Below, piece by piece: positions 9,815 to 19,303 of a stretch of DNA of 39,888 nt (positions are counted from its first letter, which is position 1; the number at the start of each line of letters is the position of its first letter). The position numbers were made by a program, and so were the translations under genes. The stretch is taken from positions 1 to 39,888 of the IMG/VR virus record IMGVR_UViG_3300008117_004550, one strand, 5' to 3'. The notes beneath the pieces are model-generated. The model searched no databases, was not told the origin of the DNA, and saw only the letters and a program-made list of their open reading frames with translations. The stretch is from a virus. Taxonomy: Duplodnaviria; Caudoviricetes.

Positions 9815-10371
9815 TCATATGCATTTTGGGACTTTGTTAATACACCAAGTCCTGCGGAATTGGTTCTATTAAATTTAAACCCATCTAATTCATTAAAAAA
9901 TTTTCCAACGGTTTCTGGAAAAGATTCAGTATCATGAAATAATATTACAGCATCATCATTACAAAATCCTATCCAATTCTCATAATCTTTTTTTACAGCT
10001 TCATAAGAATGAAACCCATCGACATGAAGTATATCAATTTTTTTATCCCAACTTTTAGCCGCATCTGCAAAATCAGATTTTATAAATTCTATATTAGATA
10101 CTCCATACCATTTTATTAAGTCCTGATACAGATTATCTACATCATTTAATGTATCTCTATGCCCAGCGTGGTCATCACCTTGAAACCAATCAATTCCATA
10201 TATACTACCAATTTGTGGATATGCAAAACAAAATGTTGAAAACCCATAATCAACTCCCAAATCTACTACTACATTTGGATTAAATGTTTCTACTAATTTC
10301 ATTGCAAATAATCCATGCCCTTTCCAAGCAGAATCATATCTCAATAAAGTTTCTATATATCTATTTTTCAT
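9790..10371 (-). CDS. Class I SAM-dependent methyltransferase (Methyltransf_24-like)
   Basis: VVDLGVDYGFS, YGIDWFQGD, IDILHVDGFHSYEAV, ILFHD. Confidence 0.85.
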   Translation of the reverse strand: MKNRYIETLLRYDSAWKGHGLFAMKLVETFNPNVVVDLGVDYGFSTFCFAYPQIGSIYGIDWFQGDDHAGHRDTLNDVDNLYQDLIKWYGVSNIEFIKSDFADAAKSWDKKIDILHVDGFHSYEAVKKDYENWIGFCNDDAVILFHDTESFPETVGKFFNELDGFKFNRTNSAGLGVLTKSQNAYEKIKQFIN

Positions 10372-11062
10372 TTTGATTTAATATTATTTCGTTAAAAGGT
10401 AATGGTATTAGTTTAAAATTTACACTATCTATTTTAGTTATATTTTGTAATTCTCCTATGTGGTTAATATATCTAAAAACATTTTGTTCTCCACCAGGTA
10501 TAATTTTTGTGGTATTTATAAAATCAATTGTATATTTAAAATATCTATTTGACATGTTTGTTATTGATTCCGTAGTTCCAACCATTATATTATCATCAAA
10601 CATATCCGAACCAACCCAATGATTTGCTGCAACATATAATTTCTTTTCTTCAATTTTATTCTTTACAAATTCTATAAACATATCCACATCTAATAGTGTA
10701 ATATCAAATCTGGATTTAATAACAACATCATATTTTTTATTAAAATTATATGAATAACTTTCTAATAATTGAATGACTTTATTAATCGTATATGCCTGAT
10801 TCATTCCGTGATATGATTGATTTTCATAATTAGCATCTTTCGGTATTAAATCAATAAATCTATGTGGACTTGAAACTTCTATTTCTTTTGGGGAAAAATC
10901 ATTTATTAATTCATTAACATCTATATCCACTCTACCTCTATCTTGCCCATACCAAGTATGAATAAAAACATCAGCTCCTAATTCGGATATTACTTTATTC
11001 CATTGTTCTAATACTTGTTTGTATCTTCTTGGCTGTCCGTAAAAACAAATCGCTACTTTCAT
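10361..11062 (-). CDS. Glycan-locus protein, putative glycosyltransferase-like
   Basis: MKVAICFYGQPR, DVFIHTW, KYDVVIKSRFD; a motif set typical of polysaccharide-locus hypothetical proteins. Confidence 0.55.
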   Translation of the reverse strand: MKVAICFYGQPRRYKQVLEQWNKVISELGADVFIHTWYGQDRGRVDIDVNELINDFSPKEIEVSSPHRFIDLIPKDANYENQSYHGMNQAYTINKVIQLLESYSYNFNKKYDVVIKSRFDITLLDVDMFIEFVKNKIEEKKLYVAANHWVGSDMFDDNIMVGTTESITNMSNRYFKYTIDFINTTKIIPGGEQNVFRYINHIGELQNITKIDSVNFKLIPLPFNEIILNQNEK

Positions 11063-11499
11063 ATTAATTCTTTATACTTTAAAATCTCATCCGTACATAT
11101 TGCATGGCAGATTCCCAAATCACCACCATATCCCCATTCGGGCATACAACATATTGAATTTTTTAATAATTCTTTTCCAGGATATACCCAAATCATACCA
11201 TTTGATATTAAGGTGTAATCATCATTTGCATGCCAAAAGTATTTTAAGTTGTTCCATTTATTAAACCTTTCTAAAGCTGCTGCATTTTTACAATGAATCC
11301 ACAATTTAGGATTGAAAAAATAATCAGAATAAACTTTGTATTGTGGTTCATCATGTCCTAAATACCAACCATCCGATGTCCACCACACATCAATCTCAAC
11401 ATCATATCCTTCTTTCAAAGCTTCATTTATGTAATCAGGATGATTTTCACGGCTTGGTATTCTGCCATCTATATTTCCTCTGTGTGCTATTAATATCAT
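11059..11499 (-). CDS. Minimal GDPD/PI-PLC-like phosphodiesterase-fold protein
   Basis: LIAHRGN, EN.P, DVEIDVW, LGHD, WIHCKN. Confidence 0.75.
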   Translation of the reverse strand: MILIAHRGNIDGRIPSRENHPDYINEALKEGYDVEIDVWWTSDGWYLGHDEPQYKVYSDYFFNPKLWIHCKNAAALERFNKWNNLKYFWHANDDYTLISNGMIWVYPGKELLKNSICCMPEWGYGGDLGICHAICTDEILKYKELI

Positions 11500-12857
11500 T
11501 TGTGATGTTCTAAATAGTGAACTAAATCTTCAGGTGTTCCCAATCCCCACATTTTTTCAATATGAAATGGTTTAATTTTTTTACCTTCTTGAATTGCTTC
11601 GTTATATACAGGACTAACATAAAATTCATTATTTGTTCTGATATTCTTTTGAATCATTTGTTCTGCGTACTTAACATATTCCGAACCCTTTGCCCAATAA
11701 TAAATTCCAACTATTGCTATATCGGAAATTGGATTTTTTTCTGCTAATTCTGTAGCGTATCCATTCTCATCAATTTTTGTAAATGACCATTTAGGATGAG
11801 TTGCTTTGAATGTTAGGAATCCACCATCTAATTTTTGCTCAATCATTTTATACATAAACTCATTACTATCCCATTCAACGAATTGGTCGGAGTTTGCCAT
11901 CAAAAGCGGAGCATCGTTATCAATATGTTCTTTTGCTAATAGGGTTGTACAAGCCGCACCTTCGGTTAATCCATCTACCTCAACTATCTTACAACCAGGA
12001 GTTATAAGATTTAGAAGAGTATCTAAATTATATTTTGCTCTATGTTCTTTTTGAACTACATAAATATAATTTGCTTCAATGTTAAGATTATCTATTACAA
12101 CCTGAATCATTGGTTTTCCATTAACATCAATAAGGGGTTTTGGAAAAGTATATCCTGCTTTTTCAAATCTACTTCCAGCCCCTGCCATCGGTATTAATAT
12201 GTTCAAATTACCACCTTGCCATTTTGGAGTATTCATATTATCTGTTTTTTCTAATTTACTAAATATTTTTGATAACACCAAATCTTTTGGGTTATCAACT
12301 CTTAACACATTTGCTCTACTTCTACTTGCTGCTAAAAGACCTGGTGGTGAATCCTCTACAATAAGAGTTTCTTCAGGTAACACACCCATCATACTCATAG
12401 CCTTCCAATACATTTCAGGGTGTGGTTTAGAGTTCTTTACATCCTCATTAGAAAGAATTAAATCCATATACTCAATAAGACCTATCTTTGAAAGTATAAC
12501 CAATACAGAACGCCTAATTGAGTTTGAGCAACATGCTAACTTATAACCTTTATCACGCAACTCTTTGAATATTTCAATTAATCTTTCATCTAACTTTAAT
12601 TGAGATATTGCTTCAATAGTTAGGTGTTGCTTTCTATACCAAATACTATCATAAAATTCGGGATGCAATCCTTTGTTTTTTGTAAGTAATTCTAACTTTT
12701 GAGTTGTTTTTAATCCATCGTAAATTGAAAGATGTTCAGCTTCTGATATAACATACTTTGGGTCTATTTCTGCCAATGCTTCATTCAAAGTATCATAGTG
12801 TATTTGTTTAGCTTCAACCAAAACACCATCCATATCAAAAATTATTAACTTTATCAT
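11496..12857 (-). CDS. Bifunctional HAD phosphatase plus sugar-phosphate nucleotidyltransferase
   Basis: N-terminal IIFDMDGVL...SNS...KPHPE...VEDS. C-terminal LIPMAGAGSRF...PKPLI...TEGAACT...AEKNPIS...NNEFY...GLGTPEDL. Confidence 0.9.
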   Translation of the reverse strand: MIKLIIFDMDGVLVEAKQIHYDTLNEALAEIDPKYVISEAEHLSIYDGLKTTQKLELLTKNKGLHPEFYDSIWYRKQHLTIEAISQLKLDERLIEIFKELRDKGYKLACCSNSIRRSVLVILSKIGLIEYMDLILSNEDVKNSKPHPEMYWKAMSMMGVLPEETLIVEDSPPGLLAASRSRANVLRVDNPKDLVLSKIFSKLEKTDNMNTPKWQGGNLNILIPMAGAGSRFEKAGYTFPKPLIDVNGKPMIQVVIDNLNIEANYIYVVQKEHRAKYNLDTLLNLITPGCKIVEVDGLTEGAACTTLLAKEHIDNDAPLLMANSDQFVEWDSNEFMYKMIEQKLDGGFLTFKATHPKWSFTKIDENGYATELAEKNPISDIAIVGIYYWAKGSEYVKYAEQMIQKNIRTNNEFYVSPVYNEAIQEGKKIKPFHIEKMWGLGTPEDLVHYLEHHK

Positions 12858-14278
12858 AACCTATATTTTTCTGCTTCTATATTTTTTAAATATTCAATAT
12901 CTTCTTTTTTCAATTGTTGAATTGTACCCAAATTACTTCCTATGTAGTTTATATAATTATTTGCCGCAATGGTTTCATCATCACTTAATATAATAGAATC
13001 TGGCCAACTATAAGATTCAATACACTCTTTATCTTTCCAATCTAATGAAAATTCTTCAAAACTATTTATGTGTTCTTTTATATATTCTTTTGAAAGTTTA
13101 TTAATCTGTGAAACGTAATATATTCCATCATAACAATCATTGGATGAAATGATTAACCCGTGATTTTTTAAAAAAATAATATCTTTTAATTTTTCTTTTT
13201 TTAATATTTCTTTTGTTAATTGATATCCAGGATTAAAATAATTTATAAAACTATATTCAAATAAATTCGTAAATATTTTTTTAATAACTTCTTCTGCATT
13301 TTCCAAACAAAGAATACAATTCAAATAAATTGGATGCAAATGAAAAACATACTTTTTAAAACCGGTATGAAAACCCGTTTCCATAGATGGTTTTTTATAT
13401 ATTGAATTTTTTACAGAAGCCAATAAAAACTTATGCAATTCTTTATCAGAAGTTAAATTATCAATATTAAAATTTTTATAATCTAATATACTATAACCAG
13501 CTGAATAATTTACATTTTTAATTTTTCCACCACTTTCTTTTATTATAAGTTTGTTATCTATCTTTGCAGAAATGTTTCCACCTTTTGATTGTACAAGTGG
13601 TAAACTTTCACCAATTGTTTTATTTACCCACTCAAAAATATGTAATTCTTTATGTAATTTTTTTAGAAAATCTAATAATAAATAATCAACATCTTTTTTA
13701 CAATCTATTTGGATTTCGGAACCTCTTTTAATTTTTATAATAACATCTGCTTTTTGTAATTGCACCCTTTTTATTTTCTCTGAATCTGATTTTCTTTTTT
13801 CAATTAAATCTAAAACATCATCTCTCTTATATCCTCTTTCAATAGTATCTCTTTTTATTTTTAAATCGATTCTCAAGTCTTCATCTATATCAATATAAAT
13901 TTTTAAATCAGAAAGTGTTTCGGCCTCGATTGTATAAAACGCATGTAATCCTTCGTTTATAATATATTTGTTTGGATGTATTGTAATCATATCTCCAAAC
14001 TTACCAGTATGGTGGTCGTATTTTTTTCTTAAAACTTTTACACCTTCTTTTAAACTTAACAATTGTAAATCACCTAATTTAAGATTGTTGGCATTAGGAT
14101 TTAAGTGAGTAATTTTTTCCCAATTTGTATCACCTCTTTCCCATCTGTGCAAATCATCTCCAGATATCAAAGTTGTATTTTCGTATCCATAATATAATCG
14201 GATAAAATTTGATATTGTCGATTTACCGGAGCCGGAATCACCTGCTATACTGATTATATATGGTTTATGCTCTACCAT
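12854..14278 (-). CDS. Phosphoribulokinase/uridine-kinase-like domain fused to a class II aldolase/epimerase domain
   Basis: N-terminal IAGDSGSGKST, GDDLH, LNPNANN, YDHHTGKF, EGLH, KIKRDTIERGY. C-terminal GGNISAK, KPSMETGFH, HLHP, LKNHGL. Likely ATG at 14278. Confidence 0.8.
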   Translation of the reverse strand: MVEHKPYIISIAGDSGSGKSTISNFIRLYYGYENTTLISGDDLHRWERGDTNWEKITHLNPNANNLKLGDLQLLSLKEGVKVLRKKYDHHTGKFGDMITIHPNKYIINEGLHAFYTIEAETLSDLKIYIDIDEDLRIDLKIKRDTIERGYKRDDVLDLIEKRKSDSEKIKRVQLQKADVIIKIKRGSEIQIDCKKDVDYLLLDFLKKLHKELHIFEWVNKTIGESLPLVQSKGGNISAKIDNKLIIKESGGKIKNVNYSAGYSILDYKNFNIDNLTSDKELHKFLLASVKNSIYKKPSMETGFHTGFKKYVFHLHPIYLNCILCLENAEEVIKKIFTNLFEYSFINYFNPGYQLTKEILKKEKLKDIIFLKNHGLIISSNDCYDGIYYVSQINKLSKEYIKEHINSFEEFSLDWKDKECIESYSWPDSIILSDDETIAANNYINYIGSNLGTIQQLKKEDIEYLKNIEAEKYRL

Positions 14279-15008
14279 ATTTCTGCCAATCATTGTGCAT
14301 AAATAATCCTTCGTTGTGTCCGACTTTATAATTTTGTTGGGCCCACCACTTGCTGATGTTTCCTTCTAATCCTATACCTTCTCCTGCGAATGGTCTAACA
14401 ACATCTAAATAAAATTGTTTTTTATAAAGACATGGATTATTTGTCCAATTACCATATCGAGATGTAGTCCAAAACATATCTTCCGATTTTTCAATTAAAT
14501 CAGGAAACTTTTCAGCAGGGTCGCACCAATGTACCGAATCCAATAAGTGTGGAGATGTACATTCAATTTCTTTATCATAGTAATCTAATTCTCTTCCTTG
14601 ATATTGAAATGAGAAGTGTGGATGTCCGGGATTCTTTCTGTGTCTTAAACGAACTACATCCATTCCCATTTCAATTGCCGATACACTTCTCTTTAATGTG
14701 TTGTATGTGGTTTCCCTATCTTCAATTAAATTCCAATCATGTTCTAATACTAAAACATAATCTTGCTTTGCATTTTCTGTAAGTTTTATAAATGCCTGTC
14801 CGATTCCGATATTAGAATTCATTCCAATAATATTCAAACCAAAGTGTTTTGCTATTTGGTAATCTTGCTGATTAAATTCTTGAAACAAAATGGTCACATC
14901 ATCTACCATATCAAATAATCCATTATTGTAATAAGTTGTTAATGTATCTACTAAAACTTGGCCGCTATTCCAACTTAATATTCCTATGCTAATTGGTAAC
15001 TTTTTCAT
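14265..15008 (-). CDS. GT2-like glycosyltransferase
   Basis: ISIGILSWN, NIGIG, YVLVLEHDW, WTNNPCLYK. Confidence 0.6.
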   Translation of the reverse strand: MKKLPISIGILSWNSGQVLVDTLTTYYNNGLFDMVDDVTILFQEFNQQDYQIAKHFGLNIIGMNSNIGIGQAFIKLTENAKQDYVLVLEHDWNLIEDRETTYNTLKRSVSAIEMGMDVVRLRHRKNPGHPHFSFQYQGRELDYYDKEIECTSPHLLDSVHWCDPAEKFPDLIEKSEDMFWTTSRYGNWTNNPCLYKKQFYLDVVRPFAGEGIGLEGNISKWWAQQNYKVGHNEGLFMHNDWQKYGRA

Positions 15009-15012
15009 AATT

Positions 15013-16005
15013 TTATTTTTTCCAAAATGAATAAATTCCTTTTTCTAATTCATAATTTCCCCAATGAAATCTATCTCTATTAGGTTGTTGTTTTGCCCAC
15101 TCCCACATTTTAGTCAAACCTTCTTTTAATGTTGTTTTATGTTGAAATCCTAATATGTCTACTGATTTTTGATGGGTTGGTATTGAATGTTTTACTTCGT
15201 GTCTTGCTTCTTTATATACAACCTCACCATTACTAATTACTTCTAACAAAGTTTTATTTGCATTATTTATTGTCCATTCTTCAACTCCACCTAAATTAAT
15301 GATTTCGTTTGATGCTTCCGGTTTTACTGCAGCATTCCAAAGTGGTTCTAATATATCATCAATATAACTAAATGCTCTCTTTTGTTCACCATCACCAAAT
15401 ATGGTCATTGCTTCGTTATTCATGTACTGATACATCCAAATTCCTAAAACATTACGATACCTATCCCAAATGTTTTGCTTAATGCCATACACATTGTGTG
15501 GACGAATTATACACCAATCTAATCCATGTTGTTCGCCCGCAATTTGAATATCCATTTCACAAGCATACTTTGCTACCCCATAAGGGTCAATTGGTTTTGG
15601 AATTTGTGATTCATCAAATATCCCATAATTACCATGTCCATAAACTGCCAATGTAGATGTAAATACCAATCGCTTTACATTATGTTTTATACATTCATTG
15701 ATAACCTGTGCAGTAGCAAGTAAATTATTTTCATAATTATACTTTCTTATAAATGGTGATAATCCTTCTGCGGCATATGCTGCAAAATGAAATACATAAT
15801 CTATATTGTGAATTTCAAATATTTCTTTAAAAGCATCTTCATTTATGTTAATTTGATAAAATTCAACATTTGAATTTACATGCTCTTTATAACCACCACT
15901 CAAATCATCTACACCAATAATTTTTATTTCGGGTTTAGTTTCTGCAATCCAATCTGCTAATCTACTCCCCAACAGACCCGCTACCCCTGTTATTAAAACT
16001 TTCAT
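15013..16005 (-). CDS. NAD-dependent epimerase/dehydratase (extended SDR)
   Basis: ITGVAGLLG, HFAA, FTST.AVYG, PYGVAK (YxxxK), RPHNVYG, GDGEQKRAFSYI. Confidence 0.92.
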   Translation of the reverse strand: MKVLITGVAGLLGSRLADWIAETKPEIKIIGVDDLSGGYKEHVNSNVEFYQININEDAFKEIFEIHNIDYVFHFAAYAAEGLSPFIRKYNYENNLLATAQVINECIKHNVKRLVFTSTLAVYGHGNYGIFDESQIPKPIDPYGVAKYACEMDIQIAGEQHGLDWCIIRPHNVYGIKQNIWDRYRNVLGIWMYQYMNNEAMTIFGDGEQKRAFSYIDDILEPLWNAAVKPEASNEIINLGGVEEWTINNANKTLLEVISNGEVVYKEARHEVKHSIPTHQKSVDILGFQHKTTLKEGLTKMWEWAKQQPNRDRFHWGNYELEKGIYSFWKK

Positions 16006-16864
16006 ATTCTTTTATTAGTTTATCTACAACTTGAATTTGTGTATAATTGTTTAGAACTTTTTGCATACCATTGAATGCTATCCTTTCTCTTTCCTGTTCA
16101 TTTTCATTGTAATAGTTTATTTTTTCTATACAATCGAACATATCGTTGTATAAAACTATCTCTTCACCTTCTACAAATAACTCATTCAATTTTGCTTCTT
16201 CTGGTAAACGGTCTGTTATTACCATCTTACCACAAGCCATACCTTCGAACAATCTACGAGTCACTTCTTTCCAACGACTGTTTTGGATAACCATCAAACC
16301 ACTATTAATAAATTCAGTATGCTTATTTACATCCATACCATTTTGGTTTCCAATTACTCCTTCTGCCCAGTTTGTAAGGTAATCAAGAAATTGAGAACCA
16401 CCTGGTCCTCTAGTTGTAACTGCAACATATTTTGGTTCTACGTTCATTGGAAATTGAACTGCCGTATCTGCCCAATGTGTAATCCATCTTACATTTATGC
16501 CACGGGTTTTATATTCTTCATATGCATTTGCGGCTGGCGTTATTGTTAAATGAAAACGATTTGCTTTTGGATAGTTTCTATCAAAGTTTTGTGGGTCATC
16601 ACCACTTTCTTGTATCCAAAATGCATTTGGTTTTAAAGATTTATCCAACCATTTTGAATCAAATCTACCCCAATCCATAAATAAAACAATATCTGTGGGT
16701 GTATCTTGTTGAATCCATAATTGTAATTGAGAATCATCCCCATTTGGTATTGAAACTATTTCGGTTTCCCATCCTCTTTTCTTAAATTCATTAAGTAAAG
16801 ACATTGGTGTTGACCAAATTTCACCATCTTTATAATCGTATATGAATGTTATTTTATTTTGCAT
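15962..16864 (-). CDS. GT-B glycosyltransferase (Glyco_trans_1_2/CgeB-like)
   Basis: RRLFEGMACG.MVITD, IEKINYY...ERERIAFNG. Likely ATG at 16864. Confidence 0.8.
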   Translation of the reverse strand: MQNKITFIYDYKDGEIWSTPMSLLNEFKKRGWETEIVSIPNGDDSQLQLWIQQDTPTDIVLFMDWGRFDSKWLDKSLKPNAFWIQESGDDPQNFDRNYPKANRFHLTITPAANAYEEYKTRGINVRWITHWADTAVQFPMNVEPKYVAVTTRGPGGSQFLDYLTNWAEGVIGNQNGMDVNKHTEFINSGLMVIQNSRWKEVTRRLFEGMACGKMVITDRLPEEAKLNELFVEGEEIVLYNDMFDCIEKINYYNENEQERERIAFNGMQKVLNNYTQIQVVDKLIKEYESFNNRGSGSVGE

Positions 16865-17516
16865 ATTCTTCTCTTTTAAAATAGATTTCATAATTGTTTA
16901 TCACATCATTATTATATGGTGAGTATGGATTCCATTCTGTTCCATTTTGTATAAAGTTTACTTCTGCTGCAGACCTATTTGCTTTAATTCCTGTCAAATC
17001 TAAAGTTTTTGCATATTTAGGTTTCATCCACCAAAAATTTCCAGAATAATGTAACTTAAAATTTCCTATCTGACTTAATAAAACACCATATGTATTAAAA
17101 TCGGTATTATCAAAAATTCTAAATACACTTTTATGTTTTTCGATTAAAAAATATTGCATCATTCTTCTCCAAGATTTCACATTCTCATAAACTGCTTCTT
17201 TTTGTTTTGATGCACCTTTTGTATGAATATATAAAATATAATCTGTATCGGGAAGTTTATCTTTATCTTCCATTATTAAATCCAAAGTAACAAATTCATT
17301 TCCTTTACATCTAATATCTCTTATTATATAATTTGGTTTATTAAAATTATAAAATTTTTCTATAATAGTTTTAGATGATATGTTTTCATTGGCAATAGAA
17401 ATTCCAACATTTAATGTATAAGGAAAATCGAAGTGTTTTTGAATGAGATTTATTTGCTCATCAATTATAGATTCTACTCCCTCAACAGCATATATGTGAT
17501 AATAAACATGTACCAT
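16854..17516 (-). CDS. HTKG-motif glycan-locus protein
   Basis: YYHI, NEFVTL, ILYIHTKG, WRRMMQYF, HYSGNFWW. ATG at 17516 overlaps the upstream TAA. Confidence 0.6.
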   Translation of the reverse strand: MVHVYYHIYAVEGVESIIDEQINLIQKHFDFPYTLNVGISIANENISSKTIIEKFYNFNKPNYIIRDIRCKGNEFVTLDLIMEDKDKLPDTDYILYIHTKGASKQKEAVYENVKSWRRMMQYFLIEKHKSVFRIFDNTDFNTYGVLLSQIGNFKLHYSGNFWWMKPKYAKTLDLTGIKANRSAAEVNFIQNGTEWNPYSPYNNDVINNYEIYFKREEYAK

Positions 17517-18139
17517 TATAACGTTGAATAATAATCGTTTTGTTTTTCCTGTCTTTGAATTGTTTTTGGATGTATAATACAATACACTTCTTCAGGTGGA
17601 AATGCTGTATAATTTTGAAATCCCACAATTCTTTCGTGCACTTTACCACTCCAACCAATCTTATCCGAATTTTTATAGATACGTGTCTGAACATCGGGGA
17701 AATTAACCCACCCTTTCTCATTTACATTCCATCCCCACTTTTCAATATGTGCTTCAGTTAATCCTTCAACGGTATTTATACGTGGAACTACAATCAAATC
17801 CTTATCCACATTGTTTTCCAAAATATCTTCTAAATTAACAATAAGATTTGAGTCTAAATATTCATCTGCATCCAATTGGAATATCCACTCACCTTTACAT
17901 TGTGAGTTTAATAAGTTCTTCCATTGTGCGAAATCATTATCAAATTCCGATTCTATTAAGGTAATATGGTCTGCGTTTGCTTGTAATTCCAAATACTCAA
18001 CCATTTCAGCCGGTGCTTTTGGCATATCCAATAAAACAACTACTTCGGAATCTTTACCTTTGTAATTTAATAATTGTGTAACTAATCTAATAATTTCTTC
18101 GTGCTCATTACAAGCCGTAATTGCGTAACTTAATTTCAT
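17516..18139 (-). CDS. GT2 family glycosyltransferase
   Basis: SYAITACNE, DFAQWKN, WIFQLDADE, QTRIY, WSGKVHE. Likely ATG at 18139. Confidence 0.85.
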   Translation of the reverse strand: MKLSYAITACNEHEEIIRLVTQLLNYKGKDSEVVVLLDMPKAPAEMVEYLELQANADHITLIESEFDNDFAQWKNLLNSQCKGEWIFQLDADEYLDSNLIVNLEDILENNVDKDLIVVPRINTVEGLTEAHIEKWGWNVNEKGWVNFPDVQTRIYKNSDKIGWSGKVHERIVGFQNYTAFPPEEVYCIIHPKTIQRQEKQNDYYSTL

Positions 18140-18143
18140 AATA

Positions 18144-18359
18144 TTAACTATTTGTATAACTCCAACTACTACCACTTGGATAAGAGTATGTAGTTGATGT
18201 GTTTATAACTCCCGTTCCACCTACACCAATTGAAAATCCACCATCATTAACTTTTGCCAATTCTTCCTGTATTTCATCCCATTGCGCTGGTGTAATATTA
18301 TATGAGTTTGCTGCTTTTGAAAATCCCTTTAACCAAATAACAAATTCTTTTGATGTCAT
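18144..18359 (-). CDS. Small hypothetical protein
   Basis: 71-aa ORF overlapping the upstream stop (ATGA); EFVIWLKGF...QWDEIQEEL. Confidence 0.55.
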   Translation of the reverse strand: MTSKEFVIWLKGFSKAANSYNITPAQWDEIQEELAKVNDGGFSIGVGGTGVINTSTTYSYPSGSSWSYTNS

Positions 18360-18823
18360 AACAATTTATTTAAAAATTCAATAATTTCTTTTGCTAATTC
18401 TTTATGCCCAACTTCACCATAGTGTCCATCTTTTACGACATTATTAATATGCTGTGCAACTTCTTCTGTTATATAAGTTCCATCTACACATGCTTTTTCT
18501 ACACCGCCTTTGAAAGATGTTGCCCAAAATTGTTGCCACATTATTCCATATGGTTTTTGAGATGCTATTCTATATCGCATTATGGGCGACCAACCAAAAG
18601 TAACTATATCACCCGATTTTATATCTTTATGATTTAGCATAAAATCATCAAATATTTGATTGGGTGATGATCCAGAAACTCCTTTATTTATTGGTTCAAA
18701 TCCAAAATGTTCAGCAATAAATTGACAATGAGTGTTTGCTCTTCTTCCCAACCAATCTGTATATGGTCCATCACCACCTATCGGAGCAGTCATTGAATCT
18801 CCAAATGTCCAAACTGAATTCAT
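18356..18823 (-). CDS. Short SGNH-like protein
   Basis: VWTFGDSMT, NKGVSGSS, DGHYGEVGH. Confidence 0.6.
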   Translation of the reverse strand: MNSVWTFGDSMTAPIGGDGPYTDWLGRRANTHCQFIAEHFGFEPINKGVSGSSPNQIFDDFMLNHKDIKSGDIVTFGWSPIMRYRIASQKPYGIMWQQFWATSFKGGVEKACVDGTYITEEVAQHINNVVKDGHYGEVGHKELAKEIIEFLNKLL

Positions 18824-18829
18824 AACCTA

Positions 18830-19303
18830 TTATACATTTCTTTTTTGTGATTTAATATCTATTCCAACTACATTTTTATTTTTAGGTGTAATTTGATTTA
18901 CATCCATATTAAGTTCTACCACTTTTCTCAATCCACTTATTTTATAAGTTCTATAAGAATCACTGGTTATTGTAGGCATTTTACTTATAGTTTTTTCATA
19001 TATTTGTTTTGCATTACCCCTCATTTGTAACCTTTCTGTTTCCTCATTTACAAATTTACCAAAAAATCTTTTAATTGCATTTGGGTTTACATTTGAAACT
19101 TTTATACAATGTATAATATCTTTTGCTTTGGAAACAAACAATGTAAAAACAATAGGTCCTGTGGTTTCCGTAAATCTTCCTTTCTCACCATCAACATATT
19201 CATATTCTTTTATTAGGTAAAATTTACCTCTTGTCATTTTATTTGCAGATATTACATTTTTATCATCTACAAATTTACGATATATTGGGTTATAGTTTGA
19301 CAT
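18830..19303 (-). CDS. Hypothetical protein (weak resemblance to T4 gp2 DNA end protector)
   Basis: 157-aa basic ORF coupled to the upstream GT; GKFYL..Y, PIVF, YRTY pattern. The resemblance is weak. Confidence 0.45.
   Translation of the reverse strand: MSNYNPIYRKFVDDKNVISANKMTRGKFYLIKEYEYVDGEKGRFTETTGPIVFTLFVSKAKDIIHCIKVSNVNPNAIKRFFGKFVNEETERLQMRGNAKQIYEKTISKMPTITSDSYRTYKISGLRKVVELNMDVNQITPKNKNVVGIDIKSQKRNV

Noticed and set aside
12854-14278. Calvin-cycle auxiliary gene (true PRK)
   Set aside because: No RuBisCO or CP12 context; it is fused to an aldolase-II domain inside a sugar-nucleotide operon, and host signals point to Bacteroidota.
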